A stretch of DNA of 64,000 nucleotides from an uncultured Methanolinea sp. (GTDB taxonomy: Archaea > Halobacteriota > Methanomicrobia > Methanomicrobiales > Methanospirillaceae). The translations under genes and the position numbers were made by a program. The DNA is taken from assembly GCA_964598545.1 (NCBI GenBank), contig CAZRCH010000003.1:1145-65144 (forward strand). Reading direction: 5' to 3'. The notes under the pieces were generated by a model. It had not been told where the DNA came from, made no database searches, and was given only the letters and a program-made list of their open reading frames with translations. Shown in pieces: positions 1-9,613 of this stretch. Numbering within the stretch: the stretch's first letter is position 1; each line of letters starts with the position of its first letter.

Positions 1-2
1 TG

Positions 3-384
3 TACTGCGACGGATGCATCGGACCCGATGAGAACAATCCCCGGCGGCTGGGGACGGCGCGCTGTCCCATCCGGGACTGTTGCTGAAAAAGGAATCGTTC
101 ATTGCGGGAAATGCGTGATATTTCCCTGAAAACTGGTGGAGAGACACCCGGCAACTGTAGAAACGGTTGTCACCAAAGCCCGCGAAATGCTGGCGCCGGA
201 AGAGTACCGGGATTTTGTGGCACCATATCTTTCCCGGGAATTTCTTTTCCGGAAGTTTTCGGGAGTGAACGTGCAAGGGATTTCTGCAGGATTCACGCTG
301 ATCAAACCCACGGCAACATTACTTTCACCCCACCCCCCTTTTACTTATAACCCCGGCCGTCCAAACAGACAGCAGAAAAGATGA
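3..384 (+). pseudogene. 3' part of a Cys-rich DUF3795-like gene that appears disrupted (frameshift near nt 81, in-frame TGA at 127-129). Alternative reading: an independent 82-aa GTG-initiated ORF at 136..384.
   Basis: Frame 3 (nt 3-83) reads YCDGCIGPDENNPRRLGTARCPIRDCC. Frame 1 (nt 82-126) continues AEKGIVHCGKCVIFP, then TGA where I recall a conserved Cys in this family. Frame 1 stays open to 384 and its TGA overlaps the mre11 ATG (ATGA). Confidence 0.3.
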
Positions 385-1523
385 AGCTGATCCACATCGC
401 CGACACCCACCTCGGCCTCTCGCAGTTCAACCGCCTCGATCCCGAATCGGGCCTGAACCTGCGGGAGAAGCAGATATATGAGAATTTTTTATCGTCTGTC
501 AATCAGATCATCGCTGCAAAACCTGATGTGATGGTTCATGCCGGGGACCTCTTTGACCAGGTAAAACCAAAGACCAGAGCCTACACGACCATCCTTGAAG
601 CACTCGATAAGCTCCATTGCGCAGGGATTCCCCTCGTCGTCATCGCGGGAAACCACAGCATGGTGAAGACAAGATACACGACATCTCCTTTCGAAGTGCT
701 TGTCTACCACCCCGGAGATATCTTTGCTGCCTACTCGTTCCGTTACGAGAAGAGAGAGATTGGAGACTGCATGTTCCACCTGATCCCGAACATGCTTCGC
801 GCCGAAGATTACCGGAGTGCGTACGATGCAGTGGATCTCTCGAATAGCCATCACAACGTGCTGGTGACCCACGGGCTTGCAACCCAGGTAAGGGACCGGA
901 GGCTGGCCACGGTCGCAGAGCATGAACTGGACAGCACCATCCTCTCTGACACGTTCGATTACATCGCCCTCGGCCACTACCATTGCCAGTCCCAGATAAC
1001 CAACAATGCCTGGTATTCTGGTTCCATCGAGTATCTCACATATGGGGAGATCTCTGATTCAAAGGGAGGCCTCCAGGTCAGTCTCGACTCCCATACTGTC
1101 ACGCGATACCCGCTTCCTCATACACCCATGTTCGATCTCGGGACGATATCCTGCGAAGGAGTCACTGCCGGCGAGATCACAGGCGAGATCGTCTTGCGGG
1201 TGGAAGAGAGGGATATTCCCCCTCTCTCCATGGCTCAGGTGACGCTCGACGGCCTCTCCCGCGAGCATGGAAAGGGGCCTGACACACGGGATCTTATTCC
1301 CGTCAGGGAAAGACTGCTGGACCTAAAGATCCGGGTCAGGGCATCCGATACAGGCCAGGCCGTCCCTCTCCAGCAGGATGTCCGCAGCATCGACTACCAA
1401 AAGGAGTTCTCCTTTTTTCTCGAAAAGCAGCAGATCCCTGCCGGCAAAAAGGAGTATGTCGGACGGTGCGGCCTCGCAGTCCTGGGTGCGGTGATGGAAC
1501 GGCACAGGGAGGATGCCGAGTGA
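381..1523 (+). CDS. mre11: DNA double-strand break repair nuclease Mre11
   Basis: Calcineurin-like phosphoesterase motifs in order: IADTHLG, HAGDLFD, IAGNHS, LVTHG, GHYH. Sits immediately upstream of rad50 and overlaps it. Confidence 0.92.
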   Translation: MKLIHIADTHLGLSQFNRLDPESGLNLREKQIYENFLSSVNQIIAAKPDVMVHAGDLFDQVKPKTRAYTTILEALDKLHCAGIPLVVIAGNHSMVKTRYTTSPFEVLVYHPGDIFAAYSFRYEKREIGDCMFHLIPNMLRAEDYRSAYDAVDLSNSHHNVLVTHGLATQVRDRRLATVAEHELDSTILSDTFDYIALGHYHCQSQITNNAWYSGSIEYLTYGEISDSKGGLQVSLDSHTVTRYPLPHTPMFDLGTISCEGVTAGEITGEIVLRVEERDIPPLSMAQVTLDGLSREHGKGPDTRDLIPVRERLLDLKIRVRASDTGQAVPLQQDVRSIDYQKEFSFFLEKQQIPAGKKEYVGRCGLAVLGAVMERHREDAE

Positions 1524-3958
1524 TCATCGACCGGCTCATCATGAAGAATTTCAAGCGATTCCGGGAGCAGGAGGTCCGTTTCAGGGACGGCATCACCGGA
1601 ATCCTCGGAAACAACGGGACCGGGAAGAGCAGCATCGTTGAGGCGATCTTCTTTGCCCTGTACGGCGTCCAGGCAACGGGTATCCTGTCTGAATACATCG
1701 TCTCCTCGTTTGCCGGCCCGAAGGAGAAGTGCGAGGTCCGGCTCGATTTCAGGGTTGGCGGTGACGAGTACACGGTCCTCCGCACGTTCAGGAAGGGAAA
1801 GGCCGTCCAGCATGATGCGACGTTTTACTGTGCAGGAAAACTACGTGCGACGGGCGTGAGCCAGGTGGAGACAGAGGTAAGGAGAACCCTTGGCATGGGG
1901 CCAATAGATTTCCGGAACACTGTCTATGCAGCCCAGAAGGACCTCCTCACCCTCCTCGAACACACTCCGGGGAAACGGAAGGAGTGGTTCCTGCGTGCAC
2001 TGGGCATCGACTACCTCAAGAATGAGAGCGACAGGCTCCTGAAAGAGCGGATCGATGCAAAGGAGCGGGAACTCCGGTTGCGGGAGGGCGAACTCAAAGG
2101 GCTCGTAGATCGGCATGATCCGGACGCCGGACGGCACCTGGCAGGCTCGGCGGAACAATGCAGGGTCACCCTCCGTGAGCTTGCGCGGGAGGTTGATGGC
2201 CATGCTACCCGGAGACAGGCGGTTGTCAGGGAAATGCAGGAGTTTTCTGAGAAGAAAACCAAGCATACCCAACTCGTGGAGCGGCACCGTTCGCTTCTCG
2301 CTGAAGTATCAGGGCTCCAACACCAGAAGGACCAGGTCACCGCAAAGGTTGCCGCCATAGCCGGCCAGGAACGGGAATACAGGCAGCTCGAGCACGACCT
2401 GACCGGTTTTGAAGTGAAGGTTCAGCGGCTCTCGGAATCACGTGAACTGAGGATAAAGTTCGATAGCCTGCGCTCCGATCGGCGGTTTGCCGAGCAGGAA
2501 TGCAGGGAAATCGAGGCAAGGATCGAACGAGAGCGCACAAAAAGAGAAGCACTTGATCGTGCCGCTGAAAGGCTTGCACTCCTTGAGAGGGGTGTCCGTG
2601 AACATCTCGGAATAGGGGCTGATGTTTTTGACCATGCCCTTGAAGAGGAGGTTGCATCGAAGGAGGCCCGGATCATTCATGCCATTGGGAATATCTCGGC
2701 GAGGCTTGAGCACCTGGTCAACGACAGGAGAACGATCGTATCTGACTGGAACATGATCGAGTATGCCGGCCCTGACGGGGTCTGCCCGCTCTGCCGCCAG
2801 AAACTCGGCACCCATTTCACAAGGATAGAGGATGAATTCTCATCACGACTTGAACAGGTCGAGGAGGATGCGCTCAGGGCATGCGGCGAAGAGGACCGCC
2901 TCAACAGGGAGAAGGAGCTTCTCATCAGGCAGAGGCCTGCCCTCCGGGAGATCCGTGAGATCACCGAAAGGCTGAAAGGCAGGGATCCCATTGATGCTGA
3001 ACTCCGTGAACTTTCCTCCCTTCTGCAGGAGAAAAAGGCATCCCTTGCCACCATCGACGATCGGATACGGAAGATGGAGTTCGATGAGGCCCGCCATGCA
3101 GTTGCCGAGAATGAGGTCGCGGAACTGGAACGCCTCCACCGGCGTTTCATCGAGATTGGCAGGATCATTGCGCACGCCGATGCCCTGAAGAACCAGGGGA
3201 TCGATCTTGATCTCCGCATTGGACGGAAGAAGGAAGAACTCACCACTGTCAAAGACCAGATAGACCAGTCTGGATTCAACCCGGATGAAGGGATCCGGCT
3301 CGAAGAGGCTCTTTCTGCGGTCGATTCTGCAACCCGTGCATCGGAAGCGGAGATGGTGCGCACCACGGAGAGGATCAGGTATCTTGAGGAGATGATCGAG
3401 AGGCACAGGAGCGAGGAGGCAGCAATCGCAGGCCTGAAAGAGCAGACCTCTGCACTTGGTGAAGAGGCGGGACTCCTCCGCCTCACCCGCACCGTGATCG
3501 GGGAGTATGTGCTCTACCTGATGCAGGTCGTCCGGAGCCGGATAGAGGTCGAAGTAAGCCTTGTACTCGGCGAGATCACGGGGGGCCGATACGAGCAGGT
3601 GCTGCTTGACGAGGACTTCAACCTTCTCGTCCGGGACATTGACAACGATTACCCTATCGAACGTTTCAGCGGCGGAGAGCAGGATGATATCGCTGTCGCG
3701 CTCAGGATCGCACTCTCACGATATCTCGCCGGGCTTCATCAGGTACACGAGAGCACCCTGCTGATATTTGACGAGATCTTCGGGAGCCAGGACGAGGAAC
3801 GGCGGAACAACCTCCTCTCCGCGCTCAGGACCCAGGAGTCGAGGTTTCCCCAGATCATCCTGATATCCCACATCCCTGACATCCAGGGGGAGTTCTCGAA
3901 CACGCTGATGGTGGAGATGGGAAGCGATCTTTCGAGCAGGGTACAGGAGGTAACGTGA
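1520..3958 (+). CDS. rad50: DNA double-strand break repair ATPase Rad50
   Basis: N-terminal VIIDRLIMKNFKRF plus Walker A GNNGTGKSS. Long charged coiled-coil with a CPLC zinc hook (nt 2783-2794). Signature FSGGEQD and Walker B LLIFDE. GTG at 1520 overlaps the mre11 stop (GTGA). The track ORF start at 1466 lies inside mre11 and is less likely. Confidence 0.92.
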   Translation: MIIDRLIMKNFKRFREQEVRFRDGITGILGNNGTGKSSIVEAIFFALYGVQATGILSEYIVSSFAGPKEKCEVRLDFRVGGDEYTVLRTFRKGKAVQHDATFYCAGKLRATGVSQVETEVRRTLGMGPIDFRNTVYAAQKDLLTLLEHTPGKRKEWFLRALGIDYLKNESDRLLKERIDAKERELRLREGELKGLVDRHDPDAGRHLAGSAEQCRVTLRELAREVDGHATRRQAVVREMQEFSEKKTKHTQLVERHRSLLAEVSGLQHQKDQVTAKVAAIAGQEREYRQLEHDLTGFEVKVQRLSESRELRIKFDSLRSDRRFAEQECREIEARIERERTKREALDRAAERLALLERGVREHLGIGADVFDHALEEEVASKEARIIHAIGNISARLEHLVNDRRTIVSDWNMIEYAGPDGVCPLCRQKLGTHFTRIEDEFSSRLEQVEEDALRACGEEDRLNREKELLIRQRPALREIREITERLKGRDPIDAELRELSSLLQEKKASLATIDDRIRKMEFDEARHAVAENEVAELERLHRRFIEIGRIIAHADALKNQGIDLDLRIGRKKEELTTVKDQIDQSGFNPDEGIRLEEALSAVDSATRASEAEMVRTTERIRYLEEMIERHRSEEAAIAGLKEQTSALGEEAGLLRLTRTVIGEYVLYLMQVVRSRIEVEVSLVLGEITGGRYEQVLLDEDFNLLVRDIDNDYPIERFSGGEQDDIAVALRIALSRYLAGLHQVHESTLLIFDEIFGSQDEERRNNLLSALRTQESRFPQIILISHIPDIQGEFSNTLMVEMGSDLSSRVQEVT

Positions 3959-4986
3959 TGGTGAAGGACTTCATTCTCGAGACTGCCGCAGAGGCTACGG
4001 CAAGGCGCATCCGGTCAATCGTCCCGGAAGACCTCGCCGATCGCTTCTGTCAGGAAGGAGGCCTGACAAAGGATGATTTCCGGCCCTTTTTCCCCATCCC
4101 ATGCCGGGAAGTATGTGCAGTGGACGGGAGCAACGCTCTCCTGCTTGAATCGGGGAGCATAGGAGTCGCGGTGTACCGTGCAGCCCAGAGCACCTTCTTT
4201 GACCGGGAGAGGGTCAAACGATCGCTCTCGCCCCTCCTCTTCTCTCTTATCGGTCCTGCCGAAGGTAACGAGGACTTCCCCGGGCTCTACGAGGAATGCT
4301 TCGGTCACGCGCCGGGGACACAGCTTGGAAACGATGACCGGACACGCACTGCAGGTGTGCTTCGTGACACCCTGGAGTACTGGATCACACAGCAGATGTC
4401 GCATTCCCTTTCACCGGGTGCCATACTCCTTCGCGACGGGCCGCTCCGGGTCTCCCACGCGAGCCATGACCCGGTCCTCTCACTGATCACCAGCACCTGC
4501 CGTGAAAGGCAGATCAAACTTGCAGGGGTGAGCAAGAGCACATCGGCCACCTGGGGAGGGGGATACCCGCTCCTGCCCTCGATCGCGGGCCTTGCAGAAA
4601 CATTCGGGATCCCGGCTCCCTGGTGGATACGGGTCGACCAGGACATGCTCGACCACACCCAGTACACCCAGTGGCAGCATGGCCAGGCATATGTCGTATG
4701 CCTTCACCGCAGGGCATTGTCGCCCCTCAAGGTGGACCTGGTGCCTGGGCTCCATGACCACCGGGTCTCCGAGATCATGAGCCGCCTCGCAGGGTGCTCG
4801 GGGGATGGCAGGGTTCCGGGGTATCCTTATCCCCTGCTCGATGCACACAGGACGGTCGTGCTGACCAGTGAGATCGTGGAGCAGGCAAGGTCTGACCTGA
4901 TGAGACACCTCGCCGCTTCCGGAATAAAACGACGAACGTATGAGATCCTGTTCGGAGATTATCATGATGAATTTGCGCGATATTGA
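3955..4986 (+). CDS. nurA: NurA-family 5'-3' nuclease
   Basis: 343-aa ORF between rad50 and herA with the N-terminal acidic motif CAVDGSN typical of NurA. GTG 3955 / ATG 3958 overlaps the rad50 stop. Confidence 0.8.
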   Translation: MMVKDFILETAAEATARRIRSIVPEDLADRFCQEGGLTKDDFRPFFPIPCREVCAVDGSNALLLESGSIGVAVYRAAQSTFFDRERVKRSLSPLLFSLIGPAEGNEDFPGLYEECFGHAPGTQLGNDDRTRTAGVLRDTLEYWITQQMSHSLSPGAILLRDGPLRVSHASHDPVLSLITSTCRERQIKLAGVSKSTSATWGGGYPLLPSIAGLAETFGIPAPWWIRVDQDMLDHTQYTQWQHGQAYVVCLHRRALSPLKVDLVPGLHDHRVSEIMSRLAGCSGDGRVPGYPYPLLDAHRTVVLTSEIVEQARSDLMRHLAASGIKRRTYEILFGDYHDEFARY

Positions 4987-6586
4987 CGGGAGCGACCCAT
5001 CGAAATACCGGTTGATTGGGCGATCGGTCCTCTCGTATAAGTTCATTGCCCCCTACGATGCAGCCCTCTACATCGGACAGATCAAGAAGATCACCGACAA
5101 CACGAAGAATGTGACCTTCTTTGCAAAGATCACCGATCTCTCCCATGACAGCAACTTTGCCGATTCCCGATGGGACACCCGGGTGTATGCCGAGGAGTTC
5201 TACGGCCTTGGGGAGGATGTCTTCCTCGCGGTGGATGCCGTCCCCCTAGGATTCGTTGAGAACTCAAGCGGGGCATTCCATAAGCCACGGACAATCCCCT
5301 CGAAATTCTCCCTTGTCGGTGATCCCGGTGCAGAGGACTTTTCATTCCTGACCGATCTCATGGGAGAGATCGAGGTTGGCCTCATGCGAAGCGGACAGGA
5401 CGTGATCCGCGATGTGGCCGTCCGTATTCCGAGCCGCATTCTCCCCCAGCACATGGGCGTCTTTGCGACGACCGGGATGGGCAAGAGTAACTTCATGAGG
5501 GTGTTCTGTGCTTCCTGCATGAAGGAGAGGAAATTCGGACTGCTCATCGTGGACCCCCACGGGGAGTATGTACGCGGCGGCAGATCATCCATAGGTGAGC
5601 CAACCTCCGGCCTTGTCCATTACACAGCAGGGAGGGAGGGACTCTCCATCTTCACCATTCGGGCCGAGGCTGACCGGAAGAAGTATGGGCTGAACCGGCT
5701 CTCCATCGAGCACGACGATTTCAGGATAGGGGACCTCGCCATCCTCTACGACCTCTCCGCAGCCCAGTCTGAGATCGTAGAGGCATTTTCAGGCGTCCCC
5801 GGAAGCGAGGTTGTCGGGTTCTTCAAATCCATCGATCCCGAGATCTTCCCCATAAAGGACCCGGTCGCTTCAGGGGTCAGCGAAGGGAGCCTCGCATGGA
5901 AGATACGCAACTCCATGGGCGGGCCGGTCCGGGTGATCAAGAGCCATATCGAGAACATCGTCAATGGCAACCGGTCCTTCTTCAAGCCGAAAGGATCGTC
6001 CATCCCAGAGATAATCGCCCATCTCCACGACAACCGCGTGGTCCTGGTCGATATCCCGGATATGAGCGAACGCAGCGAGCTCTTCGTCCTCTCGATCATC
6101 ACCCGCACCATCATGGAGCGCCACCGCTCTGATGCGCGGACATTCGGGATCGATGAACGGCAGGAGTCCACCCATCAGGTCCTCATCACGATCGAAGAGG
6201 CCCAGCGGGTGCTTGCAAGCGGCGGCGCCTCAACACAGGTCTTCCGCGAGTGTGCCATGGAAGGACGTAAATTCGGGGTCGGCCTCTGTGTCATCACCCA
6301 GCAGCCAAAGAACATCGATCCCAGGGTGCTCGCGCAAATCAACACCTTCGTGGTCATGGGCCTTGGTGACCGGGGCGATCGCGACATCATCATGGGCAGC
6401 GCAAAGCAGGACCTCTCTAGGATGGAGATCGAGATCCAGACCCTCGACCGCGGCGAGGCGATCATCAGCACCATCGGTATCCCGTTCCCGGTCAGTACCA
6501 GGATCCACAGGTTCGAGGATTATATCGGAGTGCTGAACAGGATCCAGGCCCCATCCATCACTGAAGGACTTGAAAGAGGGTTCTGA
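4964..6586 (+). CDS. herA: HerA-family hexameric DNA helicase/translocase (FtsK-HerA superfamily)
   Basis: Walker A ATTGMGKSN, hydrophobic strand plus acidic Walker B VVLVDIPDMSE, and ITQQP near the C-terminus. Overlaps the nurA 3' end. ATG 4964 is preferred over 4940. Confidence 0.88.
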   Translation: MMNLRDIDGSDPSKYRLIGRSVLSYKFIAPYDAALYIGQIKKITDNTKNVTFFAKITDLSHDSNFADSRWDTRVYAEEFYGLGEDVFLAVDAVPLGFVENSSGAFHKPRTIPSKFSLVGDPGAEDFSFLTDLMGEIEVGLMRSGQDVIRDVAVRIPSRILPQHMGVFATTGMGKSNFMRVFCASCMKERKFGLLIVDPHGEYVRGGRSSIGEPTSGLVHYTAGREGLSIFTIRAEADRKKYGLNRLSIEHDDFRIGDLAILYDLSAAQSEIVEAFSGVPGSEVVGFFKSIDPEIFPIKDPVASGVSEGSLAWKIRNSMGGPVRVIKSHIENIVNGNRSFFKPKGSSIPEIIAHLHDNRVVLVDIPDMSERSELFVLSIITRTIMERHRSDARTFGIDERQESTHQVLITIEEAQRVLASGGASTQVFRECAMEGRKFGVGLCVITQQPKNIDPRVLAQINTFVVMGLGDRGDRDIIMGSAKQDLSRMEIEIQTLDRGEAIISTIGIPFPVSTRIHRFEDYIGVLNRIQAPSITEGLERGF

Positions 6587-6743
6587 GGGTGATAATCCGT
6601 GGCTCCTGAACGATCGGGAAAAATTCACTCCCCATTACACGAATGGATATCGGGGGAGGAGCAGGGTGACTGGCAAATCCCCCCTTCCATAGGGCTCCTG
6701 ACCGGGTATCTTAAAGTCGGATCCTTCATATTCATATGGTGAT

Positions 6744-6929
6744 ATGGTGTCCAGACCGGCAATCGATGCGGTATTCGAGGCGATGTTCATCCTCACCGAC
6801 ATACGGGTGATGCTTCGGGAGACCGCCCCAGCACATGTCCTCTCGCCTGCCCAGCGGGAGGAGACGCTCGCACTGCTGGACGGCCTCGACGAGAGAGTGA
6901 AGACCCTGCGCCGGGAGCTCCTGCCATGA
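6744..6929 (+). CDS. small predicted-helical protein translationally coupled to SepCysS (possible stand-alone SepCysSn/SepCysE-N-like helper)
   Basis: 61-aa ORF whose TGA overlaps the SepCysS ATG (ATGA at 6926-6929). The sequence is Leu/Glu/Arg-rich and predicted helical. Confidence 0.45.
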   Translation: MVSRPAIDAVFEAMFILTDIRVMLRETAPAHVLSPAQREETLALLDGLDERVKTLRRELLP

Positions 6930-8104
6930 AGTGCGCAGGCGAGATCGATGTCAGGGACCTGGACGAGTCATACATCAACATCGACCCCATCCAGGTGGGA
7001 GGGCGTCTTACCCCTGAAGCCATGAAAGCGGTCATCGCGTACGGCGACGGGTACTCGGTCTGCGATCATTGCCGGAAACCCTTCCGGCTCGACTTTATCA
7101 AGACACCCCCTGTAGATGTCTTTTTCAGGGACCTTGCGGCATTCCTGCACATGGATGTCGCACGGGTGGTCCCCGGTGCCCGCCGCGGGTTCCAGGCAGT
7201 GGCGGACACCTGCGTCCAGAAGGGGGACCCCGTACTGATCACGGCCCTCTCCCATTACACCGAAGTGCTGGCCGTCGAGGCAAGGGGGGGTCTCATCAGG
7301 GAGATACCCAAGACTCCTGAAAACCTCATCACTCCCGATGCGGCGGCCGAGAAGATAGAGTCTGTAAAGAAGGAGACGGGAAAGGCACCCTCCCTCCTCT
7401 TCATCGACCAGGTCGACTACCAGTACGGAAACCTCCACCCTGTCAGGGAGATCACAAAAGTCGCCCACCAGTACGACATCCCGGTCCTCGTCAACGGGGC
7501 CTACACGGTCGGGATCATGGATGTGAACGGGAGGGATCTCGGCGCCGATTTCGTCGTGGGATCAGGGCACAAGAGCATGGCGTCCCCGGCGCCTTCCGGC
7601 GTTCTGGCCGCCACCTCCGAGTGGTCGAACCGGGTCTTTCGCACCACCACGGTAAAGACAGACGTGACGTCCCGGACGTTTGGGATCAAGGAGGTGGAGA
7701 TGATGGGCTGCACACTCATGGGAGTCACGCTTGTCGGGATGATGGCATCGTTTCCACGGGTGCGTGAGCGGGTGAAGCGCTGGGAAGAGGAGCTGGCGAA
7801 CGGTGCCCTGGTCGTCGATGCATTGAAACGAATAGAGGGGACAGAGATCCGGAGCGAATATCCCCGCAAGCATACCCTCTCCCGAGTGGATACGACGAAA
7901 TCCTTCGACATGGCGGCAAAGAACCACAAGAAACGCGGATATTTTCTCTCAAGCGCTCTCAGGGCCAGGGGCATTGCCGGCACAATACCTGGTGCGACAA
8001 AGGTGTGGAAGTTCAACACCTACGGCATGACGCGTGCGCAGGCCGGGCATGTCGCCTCCTCGCTCATCGAGATTGCAGCAGAGAACGGGCTCTCTGTCGG
8101 GTGA
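6926..8104 (+). CDS. pscS: O-phospho-L-seryl-tRNA:Cys-tRNA synthase (SepCysS)
   Basis: Full-length resemblance to archaeal SepCysS as I recall it: INIDPIQVGGRLT, GDGYSVCDHC, LVNGAYTVG, PLP-lysine context GSGHKSMA, MASFPRVRERVKRWEEE. Confidence 0.9.
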   Translation: MKCAGEIDVRDLDESYINIDPIQVGGRLTPEAMKAVIAYGDGYSVCDHCRKPFRLDFIKTPPVDVFFRDLAAFLHMDVARVVPGARRGFQAVADTCVQKGDPVLITALSHYTEVLAVEARGGLIREIPKTPENLITPDAAAEKIESVKKETGKAPSLLFIDQVDYQYGNLHPVREITKVAHQYDIPVLVNGAYTVGIMDVNGRDLGADFVVGSGHKSMASPAPSGVLAATSEWSNRVFRTTTVKTDVTSRTFGIKEVEMMGCTLMGVTLVGMMASFPRVRERVKRWEEELANGALVVDALKRIEGTEIRSEYPRKHTLSRVDTTKSFDMAAKNHKKRGYFLSSALRARGIAGTIPGATKVWKFNTYGMTRAQAGHVASSLIEIAAENGLSVG

Positions 8105-8146
8105 GCTATACCCCATGTGCCGGAAAGAGCGGTCTTTTACCTACTT

Positions 8147-8707
8147 TTACTCGCCGCACATCTCCAGGAATGCCTCCACCACGCGATCGTTGCGCACTTC
8201 AGGGTGGAACATCACCCCAAAACGCGGGTGATGGGGGTCGCGGATTGCCTGCACGAATGCAGACGAGACGGCGAGCGACTCCCACGCCGGAGGCGGCTCG
8301 CATGAGAAGGAATGAAGTTCGTATGCCTGGAATGACGGAGGCGGAGGGAGGATTGGATGTGGTACCGTGACATGGACCTCCGTCATCCCTATCCCGGACC
8401 CTACTTCAAGCGTTCCGCCAAACGCAAGACAGAGCACCTGCATGCCCGCGCAGATGCCGAGCACCGGAATTTCCGTCTTTTTCAGCCAGTCGAACCGATC
8501 GATCGCAGCGAGGAAACCGTTATCCTTCAGCGCAGTCCCGCAGATGATGACACCTTCGGTTCCCTCCGGGATTCCCCTCTCCATGTCAGTATAGTGCCGG
8601 CATCTCCATGTCCTTTCGCTCCGCTTCACGATTCGCCCGACAGGAAGCACAAATTCGTCCATGGAAAGGGACCCCGCCCGAAAGCCGGGATCAACGAGGA
8701 GGATCAT
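8147..8707 (-). CDS. class I glutamine amidotransferase (GMP synthase subunit A-like)
   Basis: GATase1 triad context: nucleophile elbow LGICAGMQ and C-terminal FHPEV. 186 aa. 4-nt overlap with the upstream Dph6-like gene. Confidence 0.55.
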   Translation of the reverse strand: MILLVDPGFRAGSLSMDEFVLPVGRIVKRSERTWRCRHYTDMERGIPEGTEGVIICGTALKDNGFLAAIDRFDWLKKTEIPVLGICAGMQVLCLAFGGTLEVGSGIGMTEVHVTVPHPILPPPPSFQAYELHSFSCEPPPAWESLAVSSAFVQAIRDPHHPRFGVMFHPEVRNDRVVEAFLEMCGE

Positions 8708-9498
8708 CGCTCCTCCAGGCGTGCCCGTTTCACTTCAAGGACACCCCTGTAGTTCCTGTACCAGGACCCCGATTCCTCGATCACGATCCTCCTGTGAAAA
8801 AATGGAGCATCCAGGACCAGTGTCTCGTACTCTCCACCCTCGCCCGTGAGGGTGATTCGAAAGTCCCTGGCATACTGCTTCAGCAGAGAGAGCGCGTCGA
8901 AGTCAAGCTCGCGCCCAAGCCACGAGGCATCAAATGGAGCAGAGAACACCCCTGATACAATCACACGGAACCCTGAGATGATCAGCCGTTCCATGTAAGG
9001 TTCCGGATCGCAATACCACAGGGGGTTGAAACACCAGAGATTGAGATCATGGCAGACACGCTGTATCCGGGTGGACTGGTATACCGACATGAGTGCGCCG
9101 GTCACCACTCCCTCGATACCATGTTGGTCGGCGGCAATCGAGAGCGCCCGGGAGAGGTCGCCGATCTCCTCCTCTTCGATTCCTGTTGTCATCTCCGAGA
9201 CGAGAGGCAGTCCTGCGGCCTTTGCCTGAAGGGGGACCATGTGCAGGTTCGGGGTATGGAAAAGGTAACTCTCGGGATTCTCCGGGACCAGGGTGACAAG
9301 GCAGGCGACCTCTTCCTTCTGCATTGCGCGATAGCAGGCATAGAGCGAGTCCTTCCCGCCTGAACAGAGTACCCCGAGTCTCACCGAATCTGCCCTCACC
9401 TTCACATTCTGGCGTTCGAGCAGAAGAAGGTCACGGGGAACAGCCAGAACGAAGCACCCGCGTAATGCCGAAAGAAGGGCATTCATCCCGAAGGTCAC
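8704..9498 (-). CDS. ATP-binding PP-loop protein, diphthine-ammonia ligase (Dph6/MJ0570)-like
   Basis: PP-loop LCSGGKDS about 40 aa into the ORF. The true start is probably an internal GTG near 9384-9405. Family call from the motif plus a typical length of about 225 aa. Confidence 0.6.
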   Translation of the reverse strand: MTFGMNALLSALRGCFVLAVPRDLLLLERQNVKVRADSVRLGVLCSGGKDSLYACYRAMQKEEVACLVTLVPENPESYLFHTPNLHMVPLQAKAAGLPLVSEMTTGIEEEEIGDLSRALSIAADQHGIEGVVTGALMSVYQSTRIQRVCHDLNLWCFNPLWYCDPEPYMERLIISGFRVIVSGVFSAPFDASWLGRELDFDALSLLKQYARDFRITLTGEGGEYETLVLDAPFFHRRIVIEESGSWYRNYRGVLEVKRARLEER

Positions 9499-9613
9499 TT
9501 ACGAAATCAAACCCCAAATCCTCATCAGGTTTCGGCACACACTCCTCCACAACCTGACCGGGGGATGATGCAGTACGGGAAAGAGTGCCGGGAGGGGGAC
9601 TATTACCCCCACG

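Noticed and set aside
127-129. In-frame TGA at an expected Cys position as a possible selenocysteine codon
   Set aside because: Sec use in archaea is, to my knowledge, confined to Methanococcales, Methanopyrus and some Asgard lineages. No SECIS-like hairpin was evident downstream, and a frameshift sits 45 nt upstream. A pseudogene or sequencing error is more parsimonious.
2677-3492. 271-aa minus-strand Ser/Arg-rich ORF inside rad50 (and similar ORFs at 489..983, 1336..1813, 1841..2358)
   Set aside because: Low-complexity antisense translations of the mre11/rad50 coding region.
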